Source: an uncultured Clostridia bacterium
Lineage (GTDB): Bacteria; Bacillota; Clostridia; Oscillospirales; Acutalibacteraceae
Assembly (NCBI GenBank): GCA_944384895.1
Contig: CALWVB010000012.1
Location: 1 to 57,963, forward strand
Length of the DNA: 57,963 bases
Reading direction: 5' to 3'
In this document: in pieces, positions 28,227 to 36,018 of the stretch
Layout: the number at the start of each line of letters is the position of its first letter
How positions within the stretch are numbered: position 1 is the first letter of the stretch
Notes under the pieces: generated by a model
What the model was told of the DNA's origin: nothing
The model's input: only the letters and a program-made list of their open reading frames with translations
The model's database searches: none
Translations under genes and position numbers: made by a program

Positions 28227-29462
28227 ATGAAAAAAATGCTTGATATAGAATTATATAATGAAAAAAATGCATTACAAAATATACCTAATATCATAAGAAA
28301 GCATAATATTGATAATCTTTTAATTGTTTGTGATGATAATACATATAAAGCAGCTGGTAAAAAAATTGAAGAGATTTTATATGATATTAATATAAAGAAA
28401 TTTAATATAGGAAAAGACCAATATGCATATAAAAACTTATGCGAACAATTGCATATATTTTGTAAACAAAATAATATAACAGGTATATTAGGAGTTGGTA
28501 CTGGTACAATTAACGATATATGTAAATATACAGCTTATTTATCAGAAATTCCTTATATAATAGTTGCAACAGCACCTTATATGGATGGATTTTGTTATAC
28601 TGTAGCTGAATTAATTGATGATGGATTCAAACGTACACTTGATGCAAAGGTTCCTATAGCTGTTTTAGGTGATCCTGAAATATTAGATAATGCACCAAAG
28701 GAATTAATATCTGCGGGAATTGGAGATTTAATCGGCAAATATATATGTTTAGCTGATTGGAAAATTTCATCTTTAGTAACTGATGAAGTTTATGATGAAA
28801 AAATAGCTGAAATAACAAGGCAATCGGTTAATCAGGCAATGGATTCAATTGAAGATATTATTAATAATAAAGAGGGGAGTACCCTTAAATTAATGGACGC
28901 TTTATGTATGAGCGGTATTGCTATGGCCATGTGTGGTTCATCCCGTCCAGCATCAGGTGCAGAACATCATTTATCGCATTTTTGGGAAATGAGATTTTTA
29001 GCGCTTAATAAAAAACAAATCTTACATGGTACTAAAGTTGGTATATCATCAGCAATTATTTCTCAAATTTATCATAAATTATCATATGTTGAAAATATTT
29101 CACATTTAATAAAAAATCCGCCTGTATTAAATGAAAGCTATTTATATAATTCATATGGTAAACTTACAGATGAAGTAATAAATGATAATTATCCGGATCC
29201 TATAGAAAAAATTGATCGTAATAAATTAGTCAGCAATTGGACCGAGATACGCAAAATATTAAAATCAATTGTTCAACCGGATAAAATCAGGCAATTATTA
29301 AAAATAACCGGAGGAAGTATTTATCCATCTGATATAGGTATTGATAATGCTTTAGTCTTTGAAGGTGTAAAATTTTGCCGTTATTTAAGACCGCGTTTAA
29401 CTATGTTAAGAATTAGCGATATAATTGATATTGATACATCTAAATATATACAAATTCCTTAA
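28227..29462 (+). CDS. Iron-containing ADH superfamily protein, sn-glycerol-1-phosphate dehydrogenase (AraM/EgsA)-like
   Basis: GVGTGTINDICKY, GIGDLIGKY and SGAEHHLSHFWEM motifs. Start set to ATG 28227 downstream of GGAGG (the ORF track begins at 28182). Confidence 0.65.
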   Translation: MKKMLDIELYNEKNALQNIPNIIRKHNIDNLLIVCDDNTYKAAGKKIEEILYDINIKKFNIGKDQYAYKNLCEQLHIFCKQNNITGILGVGTGTINDICKYTAYLSEIPYIIVATAPYMDGFCYTVAELIDDGFKRTLDAKVPIAVLGDPEILDNAPKELISAGIGDLIGKYICLADWKISSLVTDEVYDEKIAEITRQSVNQAMDSIEDIINNKEGSTLKLMDALCMSGIAMAMCGSSRPASGAEHHLSHFWEMRFLALNKKQILHGTKVGISSAIISQIYHKLSYVENISHLIKNPPVLNESYLYNSYGKLTDEVINDNYPDPIEKIDRNKLVSNWTEIRKILKSIVQPDKIRQLLKITGGSIYPSDIGIDNALVFEGVKFCRYLRPRLTMLRISDIIDIDTSKYIQIP

Positions 29463-29630
29463 ATACAAATTTTTATTAAATATACGCTCATTATATTTTA
29501 GGTATATTATTATGTAATTTTTTATTTTTATTTATGTTTAGTACGCAGTATATCATTAAATTTGTCAAATACCTATATAGAAAAAAGCTTTGGAAAATCA
29601 TTATAATCATCATAAGTTAATTTTTTAATA

Positions 29631-29659
29631 TTGACAATATTATCTTTAAATGATATCAT
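29631..29659 (+). promoter_or_regulatory. Near-consensus sigma-70 promoter candidate
   Basis: TTGACA (29631-29636), 17-nt spacer, TATCAT (29654-29659). Confidence 0.45.
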
Positions 29660-29660
29660 A

Positions 29661-29700
29661 CCCCTAACTAAACAAAATATTCATTTTGTTTAGTTAGGGG
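29661..29700. promoter_or_regulatory. Perfect 17-6-17 inverted repeat (candidate recombinase/operator site or hairpin)
   Basis: CCCCTAACTAAACAAAA-TATTCA-TTTTGTTTAGTTAGGGG. It starts 2 nt after the -10 box and lies about 100 nt upstream of the recombinase start. Confidence 0.5.
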
Positions 29701-29801
29701 TTATATAATATATTGCTTATATCATATATAAATATGGAATTTATTATCCTCTATCATAATCTTAAAAATCTTAAAACAAAATTCTGGTGATAAAGTTGAA
29801 A

Positions 29802-30794
29802 ATGGAATTAATGGCAAAAGCTCCTATTATTTTACGTGAATATTTAGGTTATATGGAAACCATACGTGGTAAATCTTCTAAGACTGTAGAAGAATATTAT
29901 ATTGATTTAAGGACATTTTTTAGATATTTAAAATTATCTCGCGGCCTTATAGATAAAAAAGCTGATTTTAAAGATATTAATATTGATGATATTAATTTAG
30001 ATATTATATCATCCGTAACATTAACCGAAGTCTACGAATATATGAATTATTTAAGCGATATAAGAAAAAATAAAGCCGCTGCCAGAGCACGTAAAGCATC
30101 AAGTTTAAAATCATTTTATAAATATTTATATGATCAAAATAAAATATCTCATAATCCTGTTGAAAAATTAGAACCTGCAAAACAAAAAAAAGCTTTGCCT
30201 AAATATTTAACTCTTGAAGATAGCCTTGAAATGCTTGATAAAATTGACGGCAAATATTCTGAACGCAATTATTGTATCGTAACTTTATTTTTAAACTGCG
30301 GTATAAGATTATCCGAATTATGTGGACTTAATATAAGTGATATTCGTAAGGATAATACATTAAGAGTACTTGGTAAAGGTAATAAAGAACGAACGGTATA
30401 TCTAAATAAAGCTTGTATTGATGCTATTGATAATTATTTAAAAGTACGTCCTATAAATATAAAAGAAAAAGATAAAAATGCTTTATTTATAAGTCGTAAT
30501 GGCAATAGATTAAGCCATCAGGCTGTACAGTTATTAATAAAAAAATTATTTACTCAAATGGGTATTGCCAGCCAAGGTTATTCTGTACATAAACTTCGCC
30601 ATACTGCTGCTACGCTTATGTATCAATATGGTAATATTGATATACGTACATTAAAAGAGATATTAGGCCATGAAAATCTTAATACAACTGAAATATATAC
30701 CCATGTAAGTGACAATGAATTAAAAAAAGCTATAGATGCAAATCCATTATCAAATATAAAAAGAAAATCTAAAAAATCAAATAATGATACTTAG
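29802..30794 (+). CDS. Xer-type site-specific tyrosine recombinase
   Basis: SAM-like N-domain (TVEEYYIDLRTFFRYL, ARARKASSLKSFYKYL). Catalytic residues in GIRLSEL (Arg), HKLRHTAAT (His-x-x-Arg) and LGHENLNTTEIYTHV (His, Tyr). Start ATG 29802 preferred over GTG 29787. Confidence 0.85.
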   Translation: MELMAKAPIILREYLGYMETIRGKSSKTVEEYYIDLRTFFRYLKLSRGLIDKKADFKDINIDDINLDIISSVTLTEVYEYMNYLSDIRKNKAAARARKASSLKSFYKYLYDQNKISHNPVEKLEPAKQKKALPKYLTLEDSLEMLDKIDGKYSERNYCIVTLFLNCGIRLSELCGLNISDIRKDNTLRVLGKGNKERTVYLNKACIDAIDNYLKVRPINIKEKDKNALFISRNGNRLSHQAVQLLIKKLFTQMGIASQGYSVHKLRHTAATLMYQYGNIDIRTLKEILGHENLNTTEIYTHVSDNELKKAIDANPLSNIKRKSKKSNNDT

Positions 30795-30805
30795 TTTTAC
30801 TTAAT

Positions 30806-30830
30806 AAAAAGGATTTCCTTTTATTTTTTA
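30806..30830 (+). terminator. Weak terminator after the recombinase gene
   Basis: AAAAGGA-tt-TCCTTTT followed by ATTTTTT. Confidence 0.35.
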
Positions 30831-31067
30831 TTATATTATTATAATATCTATTTTTTGACAAACCTAACAAATGGATTCCACAAACATTTTATATAGAAAA
30901 ACACTCGCAGGTAGCGTGGTCAAAAAGAAGGCCTATGCCGATGATGGAGAAAAAACTCCGTTTATTATAAAATAAACTTGCGGTTCGGCTAAAGTAAGTG
31001 ACAACAAAAGGAGAATAATCAAAAGAATTCCCCAAATAGTTTGTTACATTCACAAAGCAATATAGCG

Positions 31068-31335
31068 ACAGATAAGGTAAATGTACAGCAAAAGCGGGGC
31101 GCCTGCCCAGCGCATCATTTAGATGCGCTGGAACGCAAAATAATTTTTAAATATGAAAGCTGAGTAAAAATAAGGAACTAGTATTTCCCTAAAAATCAGC
31201 GTCTTTAATTTTATAAATTATTTTGCGTAAAGCAGACATATGAAACATGTCTGTGCGCAGGCGCCCCGCTTTAATGTATCGTAGCCCTGATAGGCTTTAT
31301 TATAAATATCGTGAATATTTTTAATAATATAATAA
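31068..31335 (-). repeat. Extended homology unit, copy 3 (divergent)
   Basis: The flanks AGATAAGGTAAATGTAC and CTTTATTATAAAT..ATATTTTTA align with the copy 1 and 2 flanks. Homology is shorter than between copies 1 and 2. Confidence 0.6.
31094..31269 (-). ncRNA. Candidate structured core, copy 3
   Basis: GCGGGGCGCCTGC pairs with GCAGGCGCCCCGC. Hairpin CCAGCGCATC/GATGCGCTGG. Stem CGCAAAATAATTT/AAATTATTTTGCG. The hairpin CAGACAT/ATGTCTG replaces CAACCAT/ATGGTTG through two compensatory pair changes. Confidence 0.5.
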
Positions 31336-31404
31336 TCTCATGCGCCTGTCAGCTCGTATCAACGTGATGTGACACGGTTGCTGATATATAGAGCTTGTCC
31401 TTAT

Positions 31405-31445
31405 AATAAATATCCCCCCGCTTTGCGGGGGAATATTTATTATTT
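31405..31445. terminator. Terminator downstream of the 5S-like carboxyltransferase gene
   Basis: CCCCCGC-ttt-GCGGGGG with flanking AT-rich tracts. Confidence 0.6.
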
Positions 31446-31464
31446 GAGAATATTTAATATTTCA

Positions 31465-32865
31465 TTATACAGGATGAACCTTATTTTCCATATCAAGCAG
31501 ATCGCCATTTAATCCATATTTTTTATTACGACGGTTTTCAAAGAATTTTAAAGCAACCTGGTCAAACTGGGCATAAGATAATACGTCTTCTTCCTGTTCA
31601 ACAAATTCAGATGGAATTTCTGCGCGCAATTTATCCAATTCCGATTTAATAAGATCAGCTGGACGGCAAGTAATAGGCTTTTCATTACCAATAATCTTTT
31701 TACGGAATTCTGGAGAAATTGGTACAGGAGTCTGGCCATATTCACCGCGTATAATACCTTTAAATTCCTTAGTAACCATCTTATAACGTTCTCCGCCTAT
31801 TATATTAAATACAGCTTGTGTACCAACAATTTGAGATGTAGGTGTAACAAGAGGCGGATAACCTGCATCTTTACGTACTCTAGGTACTTCCCTGAGAACT
31901 TCATCAAGCTTATCAAGTTTACCGGCTTGTTTAAGCTGGGAAACAAGATTGGATAACATTCCACCTGGCACCTGATAAAGCAATGTATTAGCGTCAACAC
32001 CAAGCATTTTTGTATTAAGAAGGCCGCTTTCGATATATTTTTCACGTAAAGTTTCAAAATAGTCTCTAATACTGGTTAATTTTTTAAGATCAATACCTGT
32101 ATCATATTTAGTACCCTTTAAAGCAGCTACCATAGATTCTGTAGCTGGATGTGAAGTACCAAGAGCTAATGGAGACATGGCTGTATCAATTATATCAACA
32201 CCAGCTTCAATACCTTTAAGCATAACCATAGATGCAAGGCCGGAAGTATAATGTGAATGAAGCTGAATAGGAATTTTAACTGCTGATTTTAAAGCTTTAA
32301 CAAGCTCATAAGTGCTAAATGGAGTTAAAAGACCAGCCATATCTTTTATACAAATAGAATCAGCGCCGGCATTTTCAAGCTTTTTAGCATATTTTACATA
32401 ATAATCAGTAGTAAATACTTCGCCGGTTGTATAAGAAATAGCAGCCTGAAGATGAGCTTTTTCATGTTTTGTAGCTTTAATAGCTGTTTCAAGATTTCTT
32501 ACATCATTTAAAGCATCAAATATACGCAGGATATCAATACCGTTTGCAACAGAACGTTCTACAAAATATTGTACAACATCATCAGCATAATGACGATAAC
32601 CTAACATATTCTGACCACGGAATAACATTTGCAGTTTTGTATTTTTACATTTATCACGGATTATACGAAGCCTTTCCCAAGGATCTTCATTTAAAAAACG
32701 GAGACAAGCATCAAATGTAGCTCCGCCCCAGCATTCCAATGAATGAAAGCCGACTGCATCAAGCTGTTCAAGCACAGGGAGCATTTCTTCTGTTGTCATA
32801 CGGGTAGCTATCAGCGATTGATGTGCATCGCGAAGCACCGTTTCTGTTATTTTAACTTGAGCCAA
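31465..32865 (-). CDS. Oxaloacetate decarboxylase alpha / transcarboxylase 5S-type carboxyltransferase (no biotinyl domain)
   Basis: ITETVLRDAHQSL (HMGL-like TIM barrel) and the KDMAGLL carbamylated-Lys motif. 466 aa, ending before any biotin domain. TTG start behind GAGGTG. Confidence 0.85.
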   Translation of the reverse strand: MAQVKITETVLRDAHQSLIATRMTTEEMLPVLEQLDAVGFHSLECWGGATFDACLRFLNEDPWERLRIIRDKCKNTKLQMLFRGQNMLGYRHYADDVVQYFVERSVANGIDILRIFDALNDVRNLETAIKATKHEKAHLQAAISYTTGEVFTTDYYVKYAKKLENAGADSICIKDMAGLLTPFSTYELVKALKSAVKIPIQLHSHYTSGLASMVMLKGIEAGVDIIDTAMSPLALGTSHPATESMVAALKGTKYDTGIDLKKLTSIRDYFETLREKYIESGLLNTKMLGVDANTLLYQVPGGMLSNLVSQLKQAGKLDKLDEVLREVPRVRKDAGYPPLVTPTSQIVGTQAVFNIIGGERYKMVTKEFKGIIRGEYGQTPVPISPEFRKKIIGNEKPITCRPADLIKSELDKLRAEIPSEFVEQEEDVLSYAQFDQVALKFFENRRNKKYGLNGDLLDMENKVHPV

Positions 32866-32893
32866 TTTTCAAGCACCTCATTTCAAATATCTT

Positions 32894-33325
32894 TTACTGG
32901 AGCGATACCATAGGAGTACCAGAATCAACTGTATCCCCTTTTCTGACATGTACTGAAGCAATAACACCATCTCTAGGTGATACAATTTCATTTTCCATTT
33001 TCATAGCTTCAAGAATAAGCAGAATTTGCCCGCTCTTGACAGAATCGCCAGCAGCTACTTTAACATCTAAAATATTACCTGGCATTGGTGAATTAATAGT
33101 TTCAGCGCCTGCTGCTGGAGCTGGAGCTGGCTCTGCTGCAGGTGCAGCTGGAGCAGCTGGTGTTGGTGCCGGAGCCGGTGCAGCTGGTGCTGCGGCTGCT
33201 GGTGTTGCTTGTACAGGAGCAGGTGCTGGAGCTGCTGGAGCTGACACAGGAATAGCGCCTTCGGCTAATTCTTCAACCTGTACGTCATATGATTTTCCGT
33301 TTACGGTTATTCTCAGATTTTTCAT
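32894..33325 (-). CDS. Biotin carboxyl carrier protein (1.3S/BCCP-like) with Ala/Pro linker
   Basis: EAMKMENEI biotinylation motif preceded by a long (A/P)n linker. Confidence 0.88.
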   Translation of the reverse strand: MKNLRITVNGKSYDVQVEELAEGAIPVSAPAAPAPAPVQATPAAAAPAAPAPAPTPAAPAAPAAEPAPAPAAGAETINSPMPGNILDVKVAAGDSVKSGQILLILEAMKMENEIVSPRDGVIASVHVRKGDTVDSGTPMVSLQ

Positions 33326-33387
33326 CTTTATATCCTCCCAATAATAAGGTTAATAATTTTAATTTAATATATAAGAAAACTTTAAAA

Positions 33388-34707
33388 TTAAAGCTGAATA
33401 TTTGAATGTTTCTTAGCAAGACGGGATATTCTCTTACTTGCAAGCATATCTAAAGCTGTAATAAGTTTTGCTCTTGTATTTTCCGGTTCTATAATATCTT
33501 CTATATATCCTTTTGCAGCAACTCCAAATACAGAAGCATCTGTTGCTTTATATTCATCCACAACCTTTTGACGATCATCAAGCGGATTATTGAGTGCATT
33601 TAATTTATCTTCCCAAAGTACTGCTACAGCAGCTTCAGCCGGTAAAGCCGATACATAAGCATCCGGCCATGCGCATACATAGTCAGCATTTGCAGCGCGT
33701 CCAGCCATTGCAATATATGCGCTGCCAACAGCTTTACCTGTTATAACGGCTAATTTTGCACATGTAGCTTCTGCATAAGCGTGTGTGAGCTTTGCTGCCT
33801 GGCGTATGCTATCAAAACCTTCAGCATCGACAAATGTTATAACCGGGATAGAAAATGCATCAGCAAGCCTTATTAAACGGGCTGCTTTTGCAGTAGCCTG
33901 ATCATCAAGTATTCCTCCACATGTAGCTATCATTGCTGCAGATTGTCCGTTTATCCTTGCAAGGCCGCATACAGCTTGTTTGCCATAATCAGATTGTATT
34001 TTAATAAAGCTGTCAACATCCGCTATACTTTTTATTATTTTTTCAGCATCAGAAAAATCTATATCGCCAATACCAGCATAATCGGATATAGGCACATCCG
34101 ATAGGTTATTTATAGGAAGCAATGTAATAATTTCACGAGCTTTTGCAATAGCCTCATCAGCTGTATCAACTGTAATATGAGATATCCCCTTTTCAGCTTC
34201 CTTATTTTGAGCATCTAAACTGAAAATAGCTTCTTTTGCATGGATAACAATATCGCCGGACGCAGCAAGAAGCGCCGATGACCCTGCACACGGGCCGGCG
34301 ATTACAGAAATTTGCGGAACAACTCCGGAAATATTATTTGACCATAACATAAGTTCGCCATATGCTGCTAAAGCATCACAGCCTTCATTTAAATATGCGC
34401 CTTTAGAATCGTATATTCCAATAACAGGTAATCCGGTTTTTACACATAAATCATATACTTTTTTTATTTTTGCAGCTTGTGCCATACCTACTGCACCGCC
34501 ATATACATTAATATCCTGTGCAAAAGCGTATGCAGGCGCCCCTTCAATAATACCATAGCCGATTATAACTTCGGCTGAATCATTAAAAGCATCCAATTCG
34601 GTGAATGTACCTTCATCGAATAATTTTGTAAGCCGTTCACGTGCTTTACTATCAGCAAGTTTTTCACGTGCGGCATTTAATCTAGTAATTCCGCTCTCTA
34701 AGCTCAT
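33388..34707 (-). CDS. Acyl-CoA carboxyltransferase (12S / methylmalonyl-CoA decarboxylase alpha-like)
   Basis: Two crotonase-like carboxyltransferase halves (GGAVGMAQAAKI; ADAFSIPVITFVDAEGF). Start placed at ATG 34707 (MSLESG), 8 nt after GGAGG; the ORF track begins at 34737. Confidence 0.8.
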   Translation of the reverse strand: MSLESGITRLNAAREKLADSKARERLTKLFDEGTFTELDAFNDSAEVIIGYGIIEGAPAYAFAQDINVYGGAVGMAQAAKIKKVYDLCVKTGLPVIGIYDSKGAYLNEGCDALAAYGELMLWSNNISGVVPQISVIAGPCAGSSALLAASGDIVIHAKEAIFSLDAQNKEAEKGISHITVDTADEAIAKAREIITLLPINNLSDVPISDYAGIGDIDFSDAEKIIKSIADVDSFIKIQSDYGKQAVCGLARINGQSAAMIATCGGILDDQATAKAARLIRLADAFSIPVITFVDAEGFDSIRQAAKLTHAYAEATCAKLAVITGKAVGSAYIAMAGRAANADYVCAWPDAYVSALPAEAAVAVLWEDKLNALNNPLDDRQKVVDEYKATDASVFGVAAKGYIEDIIEPENTRAKLITALDMLASKRISRLAKKHSNIQL

Positions 34708-34810
34708 CAAGAGTTCCTCCATTTCTATAAAAGCCATATCCTATGTGGCCAATCAAATTTAATTATATAATAATGTTAATAGCTTAACAAGATATATTTT
34801 CATTATTTAA

Positions 34811-35188
34811 TTAATTTTTACAGTTTTCACAATTTTTTACTAAATTACTAATGCTGAAATACAATTTATTATCCTGCTCTACGAATCCTAAAGACAACAT
34901 TACTTTTTTATAATTATTATTTTGATAATATACTCCTGTATAACCTCTCTGAGCTGCTATAACAGCCGAAGCTCTTACTAGCCCGTCAAGTAAATATGCA
35001 TCGTCAGGATCATTCATTTTTATATTAACAATTTCACAGTTATCTTTATTTTGAGCTAATATAATATGTCCGGCATTCACACCGTTTTCTGCAGCTGAAA
35101 ATGCTATTATTCCTTCTTCATTCTGTATATTATTATTTTTTAAAAGTACATCCAGTTCATTATCTTTTATAGGTAAAATTTCCAGCAT
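34811..35188 (-). CDS. Hypothetical protein (possible small GNAT-like fold)
   Basis: 125-aa ORF tightly packed against rluB. No catalytic motif recognised. Confidence 0.35.
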   Translation of the reverse strand: MLEILPIKDNELDVLLKNNNIQNEEGIIAFSAAENGVNAGHIILAQNKDNCEIVNIKMNDPDDAYLLDGLVRASAVIAAQRGYTGVYYQNNNYKKVMLSLGFVEQDNKLYFSISNLVKNCENCKN

Positions 35189-35191
35189 AAA

Positions 35192-35986
35192 TTATCTATT
35201 GCTCCTTCTTCTAATGCTTCTTGCAGCATTTGATTTGTCTATTTTTTGCTTGTCCATATTCATACCGGTTTCTGACATAAGCAACGCAACTTCTTTTTCA
35301 GTGAGTTCACGCCATTTGCCTTGTGCCAACATACCTAGTTTGACGCCGCCTATCGATATCCTGCGAAGGCGCGCTACATCAAGGCCGAGCTCTTCGCACA
35401 TTTTACGTATTTGACGGTTTCTGCCCTCTGTAAGTACTATTTCCAAAACCGTACGTTCCGGCTCCTGAAGATGTATACTAACCTGAGCCGGCAATGTTTT
35501 AACTCCATCAATAATTATACCGTTTCGCATAGCTTCAAGCTGTTCATCTGTTGGCTCCTGTCTTACCGTTACTCTATATGTTTTTGGTACATGTTTTGAT
35601 GGATGCATCATAGCATTAGCAAATTCACCGTCATTTGTAAGCAAAATAAGTCCTTCAGAATTACGGTCAAGCCGTCCAATTGGATATATCCTGGTCTTTA
35701 TTCCATGTATTAAATCAGCAACACATTTTCTCCCCTGTTCATCCGACATTGTTGTGACATATCCTCTAGGCTTATGAAGCATTATATATATGTTCTGCTG
35801 TTTTTTTATAAGACGCTTACCATTTACTGTGATAACATCATGCTTTGGATCAGCCTTATCCCCTATTTTTGCAATATGTCCATTTACTTTTACATGGCCG
35901 CTGTTAATAAGATCTTCTGATTTACGCCGCGATGCAATACCATTGTCAGACAATATTTTTTGCAGCCTTATTTTATTATCCGTCAA
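35192..35986 (-). CDS. rluB: 23S rRNA pseudouridine synthase, RsuA/RluB family
   Basis: N-terminal S4 domain (RLQKILSDNGIASRRKSEDLI), catalytic GRLDRNSEGL and a basic C-terminal tail. Confidence 0.85.
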   Translation of the reverse strand: MTDNKIRLQKILSDNGIASRRKSEDLINSGHVKVNGHIAKIGDKADPKHDVITVNGKRLIKKQQNIYIMLHKPRGYVTTMSDEQGRKCVADLIHGIKTRIYPIGRLDRNSEGLILLTNDGEFANAMMHPSKHVPKTYRVTVRQEPTDEQLEAMRNGIIIDGVKTLPAQVSIHLQEPERTVLEIVLTEGRNRQIRKMCEELGLDVARLRRISIGGVKLGMLAQGKWRELTEKEVALLMSETGMNMDKQKIDKSNAARSIRRRSNR

Positions 35987-36018
35987 AATTTTTCCTCCAC
36001 TATAATAAAAACAATTTA

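Noticed and set aside
29661-29700. The 17-6-17 palindrome as simply the terminator of the G1PDH-like gene
   Set aside because: This is not fully rejected. It lies about 200 nt beyond that stop codon, is followed by only a weak U-tract (UUAUAUAAU) and directly abuts a near-consensus promoter. A DNA-level role therefore seemed at least as likely, and I reported it as a finding instead.
33036-33344. 102-aa Ala/Gly-rich ORF on the + strand
   Set aside because: It is the antisense reading of the Ala/Pro linker of the BCCP gene (32894-33325, minus strand). GC-rich low-complexity codons stay open on both strands. There is no RBS, and the minus-strand product has the EAMKMENEI biotinylation motif.
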